A stretch of 21,695 nucleotides of DNA from Bdellovibrionota bacterium (GCA_044345055.1 JBIJBT010000047.1:1-21695), one strand, 5' to 3'. Counted from the first letter of the stretch, positions 9,817-18,596 are shown. The notes: a model not told the origin generated them from the sequence alone. Numbers and translations: made by a program.

Positions 9817-9939
9817 GGTGCCAGGCACCTTTTTTCGCCCCGCAAATGGTGCCAGGCACCTTTTTTTGACCTTCCCAATGGTGCCAGGCACCATTTTAAA
9901 CTATTGATTTTTTTGGCTCTGGTGCTGGTGTCAGGCACC
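9817..9939. repeat. Array of four 13-bp palindromes GGTGCC-A-GGCACC (REP-like or terminator-like)
   Basis: Exact copies at 9817-9829, 9848-9860 and 9880-9892; variant GGTGTCAGGCACC at 9927-9939. Each is preceded by T and followed by a T-rich run. Confidence 0.93.
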
Positions 9940-10057
9940 TTTTGGTAAAAAAATGAAGAGGCAGGCCGAGAAACTTGCAGATAGGATTGACAGGAGGAGT
10001 TTAACTAGGCTACGAATTTTGCTTAATAGTTTTATATTTAGTAAAGGAGAATTGCTG

Positions 10058-10546
10058 GTGATTCATACAACCATTCCGAATTCTGCAGTTTTATATCACC
10101 CGCAATTTGATGGGTCACTGACATCAGCCCGTATTGATATACAAGAGGTTCACATTCTTAACCGGAGTGATAAACGGGGAGCCGTTGTCAGTTGCGACAA
10201 TCTCGTTGATATAAAAGACGTAGAGGCCTTCACTCGCAACCCGAATGGAGACGGATTATACGTTTTGGTTGAAGAAGAAGGTCAGCCGCAGGCTCTGTAT
10301 AGTTTGGATAAAAGATCTCCGGAAGGATCCGACAGTAGGGCTGGAGTTCTCAGGATGAAATGTGAGATTGTTTTTGGCAAGCAAAACGAGAGCAGTGTAG
10401 CTCACTTACCTGAAGTGCTTAACAACCTCGAAGTGCTCAACAAAACCATCATCACTATCAACAAAAATTCGGGCGATATCTGCACCACTGAACAGCTTTG
10501 CGCCGCTGCAGCGTTCCACCATCACCAACAAAAATTACCAAAATAG
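10058..10546 (+). CDS. Hypothetical protein (~162 aa)
   Basis: ORF 9953..10546; AAGGAG at 10044-10049 favours GTG 10058 as the start; no recognisable motif. Confidence 0.7.
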   Translation: MIHTTIPNSAVLYHPQFDGSLTSARIDIQEVHILNRSDKRGAVVSCDNLVDIKDVEAFTRNPNGDGLYVLVEEEGQPQALYSLDKRSPEGSDSRAGVLRMKCEIVFGKQNESSVAHLPEVLNNLEVLNKTIITINKNSGDICTTEQLCAAAAFHHHQQKLPK

Positions 10547-10595
10547 GGCCAGGAGAGCTATCGGTCCGGGGGGAACGATTTTCGATTCTAAAAAA

Positions 10596-10642
10596 TTGGG
10601 CGTGCTGCTGCTACAAAACGTTCCTCCATTCAGCACGCCCAA
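10596..10642. terminator. 12-bp perfect inverted repeat between convergent genes
   Basis: TTGGGCGTGCTG (10596-10607) / CAGCACGCCCAA (10631-10642) with a 23-nt loop. The A-run on the left gives a U-tract on the minus (asd) transcript. Confidence 0.55.
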
Positions 10643-10664
10643 CTCACGCCCCTCTCATTCACCA

Positions 10665-11771
10665 CTATCGCGATACCAGAATTCGCAAGAATCGGCGCAA
10701 CGGCTCGGCGGCACCCCAGAGGAGCTGGTCGCCTATCGTGAATAGACCTAGATAATCGGGTCCCATACGGAGAGTGTGGAGGCGGCCGACCGCTATTTTG
10801 AGTGAACCGCTGATGGCCATCGGGGAGAGGCGGCTTATTGTTTCGGAGCGATCATTTGGGATCACCGTGACCCATTCATTCGCACTCGCTATTATCTCCT
10901 CGAGTTCCGCAAGAGGTCGAGCTTCACGCAGCTTCACCGTTAATCCCTGACTGTGGCACCGAAGGGCACCTACGCGCGCGCAGATTCCATCGACTGGTAT
11001 AATTTCAGAAGTCGCGAGTATTTTGTTCGTTTCGACCTCCCCTTTCCACTCTTCACGAGATTGCCCACCATCAACCATTTTATCGATAAACGGGAGAACG
11101 TTGAAGGCGAGCGATGCTCCGATATTGGCTACTGGAAAGGCTGGATCGGCGACGGCGCGTCGGATTGAGGCCTCTGCTACCAGCGCACCATCGCGAGCAG
11201 AGAGCGCGCTATTTCCGATTGGTGTGAGATATTCATGTTGGCGAATCAGCTCCTCCATCACCGCAGCACCAGCGCCTGAAGCAGCCTGATAGGTCATCGA
11301 GGATACCCACTCGACCAAACCTTCACGAAACAAACCACCGATAGCCATTAACATTAGGCTGACCGTACAGTTTGCTCCCACAAATGTTCGCACTCCTCTG
11401 GCAACCGCTCGATCAATCTCAGCTCGATTTATCGGGTCAAGAAGCAGAACTGCATCATCATTCATGCGAAGCGTCGATGCTGCGTCGATCCAGTATCCGT
11501 TCCATCCCGAATTTCGTAGGGACTGATACACCCTTGAGGTATAATCGCCCCCCTGACACGTTACGATACAGTCAAGTTCGGAGAGCGCAGCGAGATCGTA
11601 TGCGTCACCGAGCGGCTTTGATTGCCCCGCCACCACCGGCCCATTCGCGCCGACCTGACTCGTTGAAAAAAATTGAGAGTTGATATGTGAAAAATCATCC
11701 TCTTGAGCCATCCGCTCCATGAGGACTGAGCCAACCATTCCGCGCCAACCGACAAAGCCAACAGAGATCAT
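10665..11771 (-). CDS. asd: Aspartate-semialdehyde dehydrogenase (E. coli/gammaproteobacterial type)
   Basis: VGFVGWRGMVGSVL, TCQGGDYT, YWIDAAS, GANCTVSLMLM (catalytic Cys), TYQAASGAG, SREEWK, VDGICARVGALRCHSQ, GDQLLWGAAEPLRR. Confidence 0.97.
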   Translation of the reverse strand: MISVGFVGWRGMVGSVLMERMAQEDDFSHINSQFFSTSQVGANGPVVAGQSKPLGDAYDLAALSELDCIVTCQGGDYTSRVYQSLRNSGWNGYWIDAASTLRMNDDAVLLLDPINRAEIDRAVARGVRTFVGANCTVSLMLMAIGGLFREGLVEWVSSMTYQAASGAGAAVMEELIRQHEYLTPIGNSALSARDGALVAEASIRRAVADPAFPVANIGASLAFNVLPFIDKMVDGGQSREEWKGEVETNKILATSEIIPVDGICARVGALRCHSQGLTVKLREARPLAELEEIIASANEWVTVIPNDRSETISRLSPMAISGSLKIAVGRLHTLRMGPDYLGLFTIGDQLLWGAAEPLRRFLRILVSR

Positions 11772-11874
11772 AGAAAACGTCCTAAAAAGGATTAGGTGAA
11801 TAGCTAAAACAATTAGTTCTAATTAAAAACGGGGTGCGACCTGCTTTTCTTCCAATTAGTAGCATCCAGCGGCC

Positions 11875-13413
11875 CTATTCCCACTCAATCGTCGCTGGCG
11901 GTTTACTTGAGATATCGAGCACAACGCGATTTATTCCGGGAACTTCGTTGCAAATTCTGCCGCTAATACGGCGCAGAAGTCCTTCAGGGAGGTAAACCCA
12001 GTCCGCAGTCATACCATCATCTGAGGCCACCACTCGTACAGCAATCGCCTGTTCATACGTCCGGTTATCTCCCATAACTCCAACCGAATTAACAGGAAGA
12101 AGAACCGCAAAACTTTGCCACACGGAATCGATCAGCCCAGCACTCTCCATCTCTTCTCGAATAATTGCATCGGCAGATCGAACAAGCCGCAGCTGTTTTT
12201 CGTTAATTTCGCCCAGTATCCGAACGGCAAGTCCCGGGCCGGGGAACGGTTGTCGCTTTAAGAGCTTATCAGCGATTCCCATCGTCTTTCCGACGGCCCG
12301 CACCTCATCCTTAAAAAGCTCACGCAGCGGCTCAATCAACGAGAGCCGCATCCGTTCTGGGAGCCCACCCACATTGTGATGCGTCTTAATCGTGGCCGAT
12401 GGTCCTTTCACCGAAACGCTCTCGATGACATCGGGATAGAGCGTTCCTTGAACTAAATGTGTCACGTTCGTTATACGATGAGCCTCCTCATCAAATACAT
12501 CGATGAACACTTTGCCAATAATTTTTCGCTTTTTCTCCGGATCAACAACACCAGCGAGTTCGCCGAGAAATCGATCCGATGCATCAACAGCGATCACATG
12601 AAGACCCAGACCTTCTGGGCCTAAATTACGAACAACCTCTGCGGCCTCGTCTTTTCGGAGTAATCCGTTATCAACAAAGACACAATGGAGCCGATCACCT
12701 ATTGCCCGATGAACTAGAACAGCTGCAACCGTAGAATCAACTCCACCACTCAATCCGCAGACAACATTTGCCCCCTCAGGGACCTGTGCACGAATCTGGG
12801 CTATCGCCGATTCGACAAAATCATCTGAATTCCAGTTCTTTTCGCAGTGCGCAATCCCAAAGAGGAAATTCGCTATCATGTCACGACCACGGGGCGAATG
12901 AACGACCTCTGGGTGAAACTGTATTGCGTACTGTTTCGTTTCTGGATTACCCATCGCCGCAACGGGTGCTCCACGACTTGTTGCATACTGAAAAAAGCCT
13001 TCAGGCAATGCTTCAACATGATCGCCGTGACTCATCCAGACCGGAGTGCGAGCACCAACGGTGAACCCCTCAAAAAGTCCATCTGCCCGCTCTATCGTCA
13101 ACTCTGAATGCCCGTACTCTCGCGATTCTCCCCGACCAAGTAGTCCGCCACCGGCCTGAGCCATAAGCTGCATTCCGTAGCAAATACCTAGTACAGGCAC
13201 ACCTCCCCGCAGCCAACCCTGATCAAATGGTGGCGCATCTTCCGCAGTAACACTCGCAGGACCACCTGACAAGATAATCGCCTTCACTCCATCAAGGAGA
13301 ACTGGAGAGGAACAGGGACGCACTTCACTATAAACACCTAGTTCACGAACTCGCCGCGCAATAAGCTGCGTGTACTGAGATCCAAAATCAAGGACAAGCA
13401 CCTTCGATTCCAT
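11875..13413 (-). CDS. guaA: GMP synthase (glutamine-hydrolysing)
   Basis: LDFGSQYTQLIARR, LSGGP, LGICYGMQ, MSHGD, QFHPEV, GLSGGVDS, IKTHHNVGGL, PFPGPGLAVR, KPPATIEWE. Start moved to ATG 13413, which has an AAGGAG SD. Confidence 0.98.
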   Translation of the reverse strand: MESKVLVLDFGSQYTQLIARRVRELGVYSEVRPCSSPVLLDGVKAIILSGGPASVTAEDAPPFDQGWLRGGVPVLGICYGMQLMAQAGGGLLGRGESREYGHSELTIERADGLFEGFTVGARTPVWMSHGDHVEALPEGFFQYATSRGAPVAAMGNPETKQYAIQFHPEVVHSPRGRDMIANFLFGIAHCEKNWNSDDFVESAIAQIRAQVPEGANVVCGLSGGVDSTVAAVLVHRAIGDRLHCVFVDNGLLRKDEAAEVVRNLGPEGLGLHVIAVDASDRFLGELAGVVDPEKKRKIIGKVFIDVFDEEAHRITNVTHLVQGTLYPDVIESVSVKGPSATIKTHHNVGGLPERMRLSLIEPLRELFKDEVRAVGKTMGIADKLLKRQPFPGPGLAVRILGEINEKQLRLVRSADAIIREEMESAGLIDSVWQSFAVLLPVNSVGVMGDNRTYEQAIAVRVVASDDGMTADWVYLPEGLLRRISGRICNEVPGINRVVLDISSKPPATIEWE

Positions 13414-13463
13414 CGCTGATTCTCCTTTTGGTGAATGATAATAGATTAGGTAAACTGGTATTA

Positions 13464-13489
13464 AGGTGGGTAAATAATCGTACCCACCT
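13464..13489. promoter_or_regulatory. 9-bp hairpin/dyad in the der-guaA intergenic region
   Basis: AGGTGGGTA-aataatcg-TACCCACCT perfect inverted repeat; function unknown. Confidence 0.45.
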
Positions 13490-13526
13490 CGCCGCACAAT
13501 TTTCGCGCACCGCTATAGCAATAAGC

Positions 13527-14900
13527 TTAGCGGGAAGCCGACTCTTCGGCTTCTTCGCGAGCACTTTTCTTGCGGAAATTAAGCTTCAGATCGACCCCTG
13601 GGAACGGATACTCATCTCGCAGAGCATTTCTGATATACCGCTCATAACCAAATCCAAGACGGGATGGATGATTCACAAAGAGAACGAAAGTCGGAGGCTC
13701 AACACCAGCCTGTACCGCAAATTGCAACTTGATTGGCTGCCCACGATATACCGGAGGGGGACGCCGCTCGAACGCTATGCGAAGAACACGATTTAGATCG
13801 GATGTTTTGATACGTTGTCGCCGCGCATCATAAACCTCTGCCGCCGTCTCAAGAACCGATGGACACCGACGACCGGTAAGAGCAGAAACAAAAAGAATCG
13901 GCGCATATTTGGCAAATTTGAACTGCTCCCGAATCGCCTCGGTAAACGCGTGGACACTCCGGTGATCTTTTTCTACAAGATCCCACTTATTCACCACGAT
14001 AATAAAGCCCTTGCCTCGCTCGTGAATTATCCCTCCTATCTTTGCATCCTGTTCGGTAGGAATTCCCTGCGTAGCATCGATAACCAGCACTCCAACGTCG
14101 CACCCCGCAACCGATCGAAGTGTCCGCAACGTGCTATACCGCTCAACCGAGCTATCCTCGACCTTTGCACGTTTCCTTAACCCAGCAGTATCAACAAAAA
14201 CAAAATCTCTGCCCTCCCGTCGCACTCGCACATCGATGCTGTCACGGGTTGTCCCCGCAACATCAGAGGTTACCAATCGCGGTTCACCCAAGATGCGGTT
14301 TATGAGGGTTGATTTACCAACATTCGGCTTACCAATAATCGCAACACGGACCGGCTGCTCCTCTAGAGGTGCCTCAACCGGCATATGCACTTCATGTTTC
14401 GTGAGCTCTGCTTCGATCTTTTCAATTAACTCTCGCAACCCTTGATGATGGGCCGCACTCATCAACTGCAGCTCATCCGCGCCGAGCGTATGGAACTCGT
14501 GGCTCGAGAGTTTGTGCTCATCTCGCTCGCATTTATTGACAACCCACACCACCGGTTTTCCGGATCGACGCGCAATATCAGCGACCTCCCAATCGAGCGG
14601 ATGAACTCCCTCAACACCATCAAAGAGTGCAATAATTAGATCGGACTCTCCCACTGCAACTTCTGCCTGCTCACGAACCAACGCTTGCAACGTCGCATCC
14701 TCATCACCGACAACTCCGCCAGTATCAACAAGATTAAAGAGAAAGCTATAACGCTTTATCAACGCATATGCTCTATCCCGAGTCACTCCAGGAGTGTCCT
14801 CAACAATTGCCAATCTGCGTCCTGCTATTGCATTAAAGAGGGTCGACTTTCCGACATTTGTTCGACCTAAAATAGCGACTAAAGGAATTTTTTTTGCCAT
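13527..14900 (-). CDS. der: Ribosome biogenesis GTPase Der (EngA)
   Basis: Two G domains (GRTNVGKS, TRD, DTGG, NKCE; GKPNVGKS, TTRD, DTAG, NKWD) and a C-terminal KH-like region (PPTFVLF...YERYIRN.LR). Confidence 0.97.
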   Translation of the reverse strand: MAKKIPLVAILGRTNVGKSTLFNAIAGRRLAIVEDTPGVTRDRAYALIKRYSFLFNLVDTGGVVGDEDATLQALVREQAEVAVGESDLIIALFDGVEGVHPLDWEVADIARRSGKPVVWVVNKCERDEHKLSSHEFHTLGADELQLMSAAHHQGLRELIEKIEAELTKHEVHMPVEAPLEEQPVRVAIIGKPNVGKSTLINRILGEPRLVTSDVAGTTRDSIDVRVRREGRDFVFVDTAGLRKRAKVEDSSVERYSTLRTLRSVAGCDVGVLVIDATQGIPTEQDAKIGGIIHERGKGFIIVVNKWDLVEKDHRSVHAFTEAIREQFKFAKYAPILFVSALTGRRCPSVLETAAEVYDARRQRIKTSDLNRVLRIAFERRPPPVYRGQPIKLQFAVQAGVEPPTFVLFVNHPSRLGFGYERYIRNALRDEYPFPGVDLKLNFRKKSAREEAEESASR

Positions 14901-14914
14901 ACCACCACTGTGTT

Positions 14915-15010
14915 ACTGAGCAGATTTTTTACTGCTGAGAATCGTTATTATCAGAATCGTCGCCACTCAAGGATCATCGCTACTCAAGATTATTACTGCT
15001 CAGATTCACT
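14915..15010. repeat. Degenerate ~16-bp tandem repeat (about 6 units) between rnc and der
   Basis: Units ACTGAGCAGATTTTTT / ACTGCTGAGAATCGTT / ATTATCAGAATCGTC / GCCACTCAAGGATCATC / GCTACTCAAGATTATT / ACTGCTCAGATTCACT. Confidence 0.55.
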
Positions 15011-15025
15011 ACTTTTTTTTCGTAC

Positions 15026-16192
15026 CTACTCTATTTCTTCACTATCTTTTTCGCCGCGAAGCTTTCTAAGTGCCTCAGCCGCTGCTTTTTGCTGCGAGAG
15101 TTTTTTTGTATTCCCGCGCCCCCTACCTACTATTTCGCCATCAATCTCGACGACCGATACAAATTGAGGACTGTGTTCAGGCCCCTCCATCAGCTCGAGA
15201 AGATATTTTGGGGTCTCACGACCCAGCGCGTGCAAAAACTCCTGAAGCTCGGTTTTTGGATCGCTTGGCGATACCTCAACGATCCGAAAACCGAACAGAT
15301 TGCGGATGCTATTGAGAGCCGTTTCAAAACCCGCTTCTCGATAAACCGCGCCAATGACCGCCTCCATGACATCGGCAAGAATCGAATTCCGCTCCGCCCC
15401 TCCCGATGCCAATTCACCCCGCGAAAGCTTTATAAGAGGGCCGATATTTATCTCTCGAGCGATAGCCGCAAGAGTGGTCGTATTAACAAGCGCTGCTCGC
15501 ATCTTCGAGAGTTCTCCCTCCGATGCACTCGAGTGCGCTTCGAGCAGCAGATGAGCCATCGCGAGATCCAACACGGCATCCCCTAGAAACTCAAGCCGCT
15601 CGTAGTCACCGATATCACCCGCTGTTACATGCATCGAGCGATGGGTTAATGCACGTTCAAGCACCTCCATATCGAAGAAACGATACTGAAATGCTCTTTC
15701 AAAAAACTCTTTCGGCTCCTCATGCACACCAAACGGCGCGATAGGCTCAATAGGAGGCAGACTTCCCGATTCGTGTATAAGACCCGCTTTTCGACGAGGC
15801 ACGATGCGGCCCCGTCGATTTGCATCGCTATCTGATTTCGCGTGAGGCTCGCCTTTAAGCCGAAGTGTTGGCCGCTGATGATAACCAAGCGGCACCACAA
15901 CTCGACTACCAATGCTATCTTCTCTCATTCCTTTTTTTGGCTGGGGATTGGTCTCAGCCTTTTTTGCATAGCCCTCATTCACCCCCATCGCCTTTACCTC
16001 CGAGCGACATTGAGCAGTTGAGCTGGGAGCCGAAGAGCTGGTGTGCGCCGAAGGAACAACTCTCGTGCGGCTTTTTCTCTTCACCGTAACCACAAAAAGG
16101 CCTGGATCGCTACGTTTTAGGGCATCGCTGCTTTCGCCCACTCCGCGCTGCCCCCCTTCACCAGAGTCTCCTGCGTCGTGATCGTCACTCAT
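15026..16192 (-). CDS. rnc: Ribonuclease III with long N-terminal extension
   Basis: ALTHRS, ERLEFLGDAVL signature, EGELSKMRA, ADVMEAVIGA, dsRBD DPKTELQE...GNTKK...AA; ATG overlaps the mnmA stop (ATGA). Confidence 0.95.
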   Translation of the reverse strand: MSDDHDAGDSGEGGQRGVGESSDALKRSDPGLFVVTVKRKSRTRVVPSAHTSSSAPSSTAQCRSEVKAMGVNEGYAKKAETNPQPKKGMREDSIGSRVVVPLGYHQRPTLRLKGEPHAKSDSDANRRGRIVPRRKAGLIHESGSLPPIEPIAPFGVHEEPKEFFERAFQYRFFDMEVLERALTHRSMHVTAGDIGDYERLEFLGDAVLDLAMAHLLLEAHSSASEGELSKMRAALVNTTTLAAIAREINIGPLIKLSRGELASGGAERNSILADVMEAVIGAVYREAGFETALNSIRNLFGFRIVEVSPSDPKTELQEFLHALGRETPKYLLELMEGPEHSPQFVSVVEIDGEIVGRGRGNTKKLSQQKAAAEALRKLRGEKDSEEIE

Positions 16193-17358
16193 AGTCCTCC
16201 CCTCTGGCGTTCAATGCGCCCGCCACCAAGCACAGTACGATTATCGACACTATACACTACAGCAGCCTGTCCCGGCGACACTGCCACCCAATTCTCGATA
16301 AATTCCACCTGAAACGTATCAGGTTCTACCCGAGTGATGCGAGATCGCTCACCCTTATGACGATGACGAACCTGAACGATACTCTCTATCGTTTCACCGA
16401 CAGCGGGTGGTTTTGGTGTACACCAACTTGCCGCACTCACCGAAAAAGTCCTATTTTCAAGTGCACTCTTCGGACCGACAACGACGGTCCGTGACTCCGG
16501 CTCTATCCGAACAACGTATAACGGTTCTGCTTCACCCCCAATCTGAAGACCGCGCCGCTGTCCAACGGTGAAGTGATGCACCCCTTCATGGCGGCCAACC
16601 GTTTCGCCAATAAGATTCTGTATCGCACCCGGCTGTGGATGCGACCGCCCAATCCGATTTACGAATGAGGAAACCGAGCCTGAAACAAAGCAAATATCCT
16701 GACTATCGGGCTTCTCAGCAGTTACCAGCCCGTGGCGACGAGCAATATCGCGAACATCCGGTTTCAACATTCCACCGACCGGAAAGAGAGTTTCAGCTAG
16801 CTCACCTTGCGTCAGATTATACAGAAAATAGCTCTGATCTTTGTCTGGATCGACTCCACGCGCCAGGTGCCATCCCGCCTCATCTCGGAAAACCTGAGCG
16901 TAATGCCCCGTGGCTACGACAGGCGCTCCCACCCCTGCTGCCCTCTGACGTAGCGCGCGGAACTTGACCCGTTGATTGCAATCGATGCATGGATTTGGAG
17001 TTTCGCCTCGCTCGTAGGTTGTAACAAAACGCTCGATAACCTCAGAGCGAAACTCCTCCTCGAAGTTAAAGACGTAGTACGGCACACCGATACGGCCCGC
17101 AACCCGCCGCGCATCAAGGAAATCGTTCGGCGCGCAGCAGGTAGCGCGCGAGCTCGAACCGCCATGATTGCGATAATCCCAGACCTGCATCGAGATACCA
17201 ATAGCGTTGTACCCCTGCTCCTTTAGGAGTAGTGCCGCAACGGAGGAATCAACCCCTCCCGACATCGCCACCGCAACCATACCCCCCGTCCCAGAAGATA
17301 TAGTATGCCTAGTTTGGCTCTCTGCTGAAGGCCCGCTCCCAGAAGTACCCTCCATCAT
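16189..17358 (-). CDS. mnmA: tRNA-specific 2-thiouridylase
   Basis: AMSGGVDSS PP-loop, TPNPCIDCN, ATGHY, KDQSYFL, KPDSQDICF, TVGQRRGL, SPGQAAV. Confidence 0.97.
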   Translation of the reverse strand: MMEGTSGSGPSAESQTRHTISSGTGGMVAVAMSGGVDSSVAALLLKEQGYNAIGISMQVWDYRNHGGSSSRATCCAPNDFLDARRVAGRIGVPYYVFNFEEEFRSEVIERFVTTYERGETPNPCIDCNQRVKFRALRQRAAGVGAPVVATGHYAQVFRDEAGWHLARGVDPDKDQSYFLYNLTQGELAETLFPVGGMLKPDVRDIARRHGLVTAEKPDSQDICFVSGSVSSFVNRIGRSHPQPGAIQNLIGETVGRHEGVHHFTVGQRRGLQIGGEAEPLYVVRIEPESRTVVVGPKSALENRTFSVSAASWCTPKPPAVGETIESIVQVRHRHKGERSRITRVEPDTFQVEFIENWVAVSPGQAAVVYSVDNRTVLGGGRIERQRGGL

Positions 17359-18557
17359 TAACGCTCCTCAAAGGGGCTTTTTTCGGCTTGTGCCAATTTC
17401 ACCATTCGGCAAAGACGACCTGCACACTCTGCAACGATCTGCCCTGCTCTCCAAAAATTCTCTACATCGCAACTATCGGTGACTGATACACGAATCGTCT
17501 CCCGCGCCTCCTGCTCTGATAAACCGGCCGTTATCAGCACAGGAGATGGCCGCTGCGTACCGGAGCTACACGCCGAGCCGCTCGATATCAGCACCCCGTG
17601 AAGGTCAGCCGCAACAACAAGATAGTCAGCCGACACGCCCGGGAACCTTATGCTGGCGGTGTTTGGGACTGTTGGTAACGCCGGAGGCACCGTCAGCACT
17701 CCGATATCCGGGCCTAACCCCTCAAGGAAGGCTGCTCTATTTGCCGCCATCCGAGCCGCACGTCCCGCCACTCCGCCCATCTCTTCGAATCTCGACAACG
17801 CTCTATGAAGGGAGTGGATCGCAGGAACTGGTTGAGTACCCGCTCGCATCCCACTTTCTTGATTTCCGCCCAGCAGCTCCCTATCTACAACGATTCCAGC
17901 TCGAATGATCGCAGCTCCAACCCCCGGAAAAGCACCCAGCTTGTGGCCTGAAAGGGTAACTGCATCAACTCCCCAGTCAGCCATTTTAAGTGGGATTCGG
18001 CCGATCCCCTGAACTGCATCCACATGGATCAGAGCACCGGGAGCTATCCGCCGCACGGCCTGCACTAGCTCAGCAATCGGATATATATAGCCTGTCTCGT
18101 TATTAGCGAGCATGACCGATATGACTCCTGCGCCCTCCACAATTTCGCCGAGAGAATCAAAATCAAGCTCGTGCCCTCTCGCAGGAATTAGCCTACAGCT
18201 CCAGCCAGACTGCTCTCCAACCTGACGGGCGACCTCAAGTACGGAGGGATGTTCGAAGGGACTCGTGACTATCACTGAATGGCGCGCCAATCGGGCAAAG
18301 CCGCGAATAATCAGGTTATTTGCCTCGGTTGCTCCGCTAGTCCATACAACGGTGTCTCGATGTCCAGCGCCAACGGTAGATCTCACTATCTCGCGGGCTT
18401 CCTCGACAATCCCCCGAGCGCGCTGACCTGATTGGTGGATCGAGCTCGGGTTTCCCCACGAACCGGCTTCAGCTGCAAGCTTTTGAACGAGCTCAGACGA
18501 CACACCAAAGGTTGCGTTCGCGTCGCAGTTGATAGGGGAAAAATTATTCTGTTGCAC
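17358..18557 (-). CDS. iscS: Cysteine desulfurase (IscS/NifS type)
   Basis: DANAT, GNPSSIH, TSGATEANN, EHPSV, NNETG, HVDAVQ, SGHK (PLP Lys), RAGT, SSGSACSSG (catalytic Cys); stop overlaps the mnmA start (TAATG). Confidence 0.93.
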   Translation of the reverse strand: MQQNNFSPINCDANATFGVSSELVQKLAAEAGSWGNPSSIHQSGQRARGIVEEAREIVRSTVGAGHRDTVVWTSGATEANNLIIRGFARLARHSVIVTSPFEHPSVLEVARQVGEQSGWSCRLIPARGHELDFDSLGEIVEGAGVISVMLANNETGYIYPIAELVQAVRRIAPGALIHVDAVQGIGRIPLKMADWGVDAVTLSGHKLGAFPGVGAAIIRAGIVVDRELLGGNQESGMRAGTQPVPAIHSLHRALSRFEEMGGVAGRAARMAANRAAFLEGLGPDIGVLTVPPALPTVPNTASIRFPGVSADYLVVAADLHGVLISSGSACSSGTQRPSPVLITAGLSEQEARETIRVSVTDSCDVENFWRAGQIVAECAGRLCRMVKLAQAEKSPFEER

Positions 18558-18568
18558 GGCGCAAACTA

Positions 18569-18596
18569 TAAACTTTAAACAACGTTCTGTCGAAAA
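18569..18596 (+). promoter_or_regulatory. Candidate sigma28 (FliA) promoter
   Basis: TAAACTTT-N12-GTCGAAAA versus consensus TAAAGTTT-N11-GCCGATAA, 41 nt upstream of the 70-aa gene. Confidence 0.45.

Noticed and set aside
9625..9938. Minus-strand ORFs with repeated VPGT/CLAP peptides
   Set aside because: They are translations of the palindrome array, antisense to the 688-aa gene.
9817..9939. CRISPR array
   Set aside because: Repeat is only 13 bp, spacers are irregular (18/19/34 nt) and low-complexity, and there are no cas genes in the window.
9987..10016. Sigma70 promoter at TTGACA 9987 (similarly 5675)
   Set aside because: Perfect -35 hexamer but no convincing -10 at 16-18 bp spacing.
13414..13526. 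Purine riboswitch upstream of guaA
   Set aside because: No three-way-junction core motifs seen; only a single 9-bp hairpin.
10953..17908. Numerous 60-165-aa antisense or alternative-frame ORFs
   Set aside because: They overlap well-supported housekeeping genes and show no motifs of their own.
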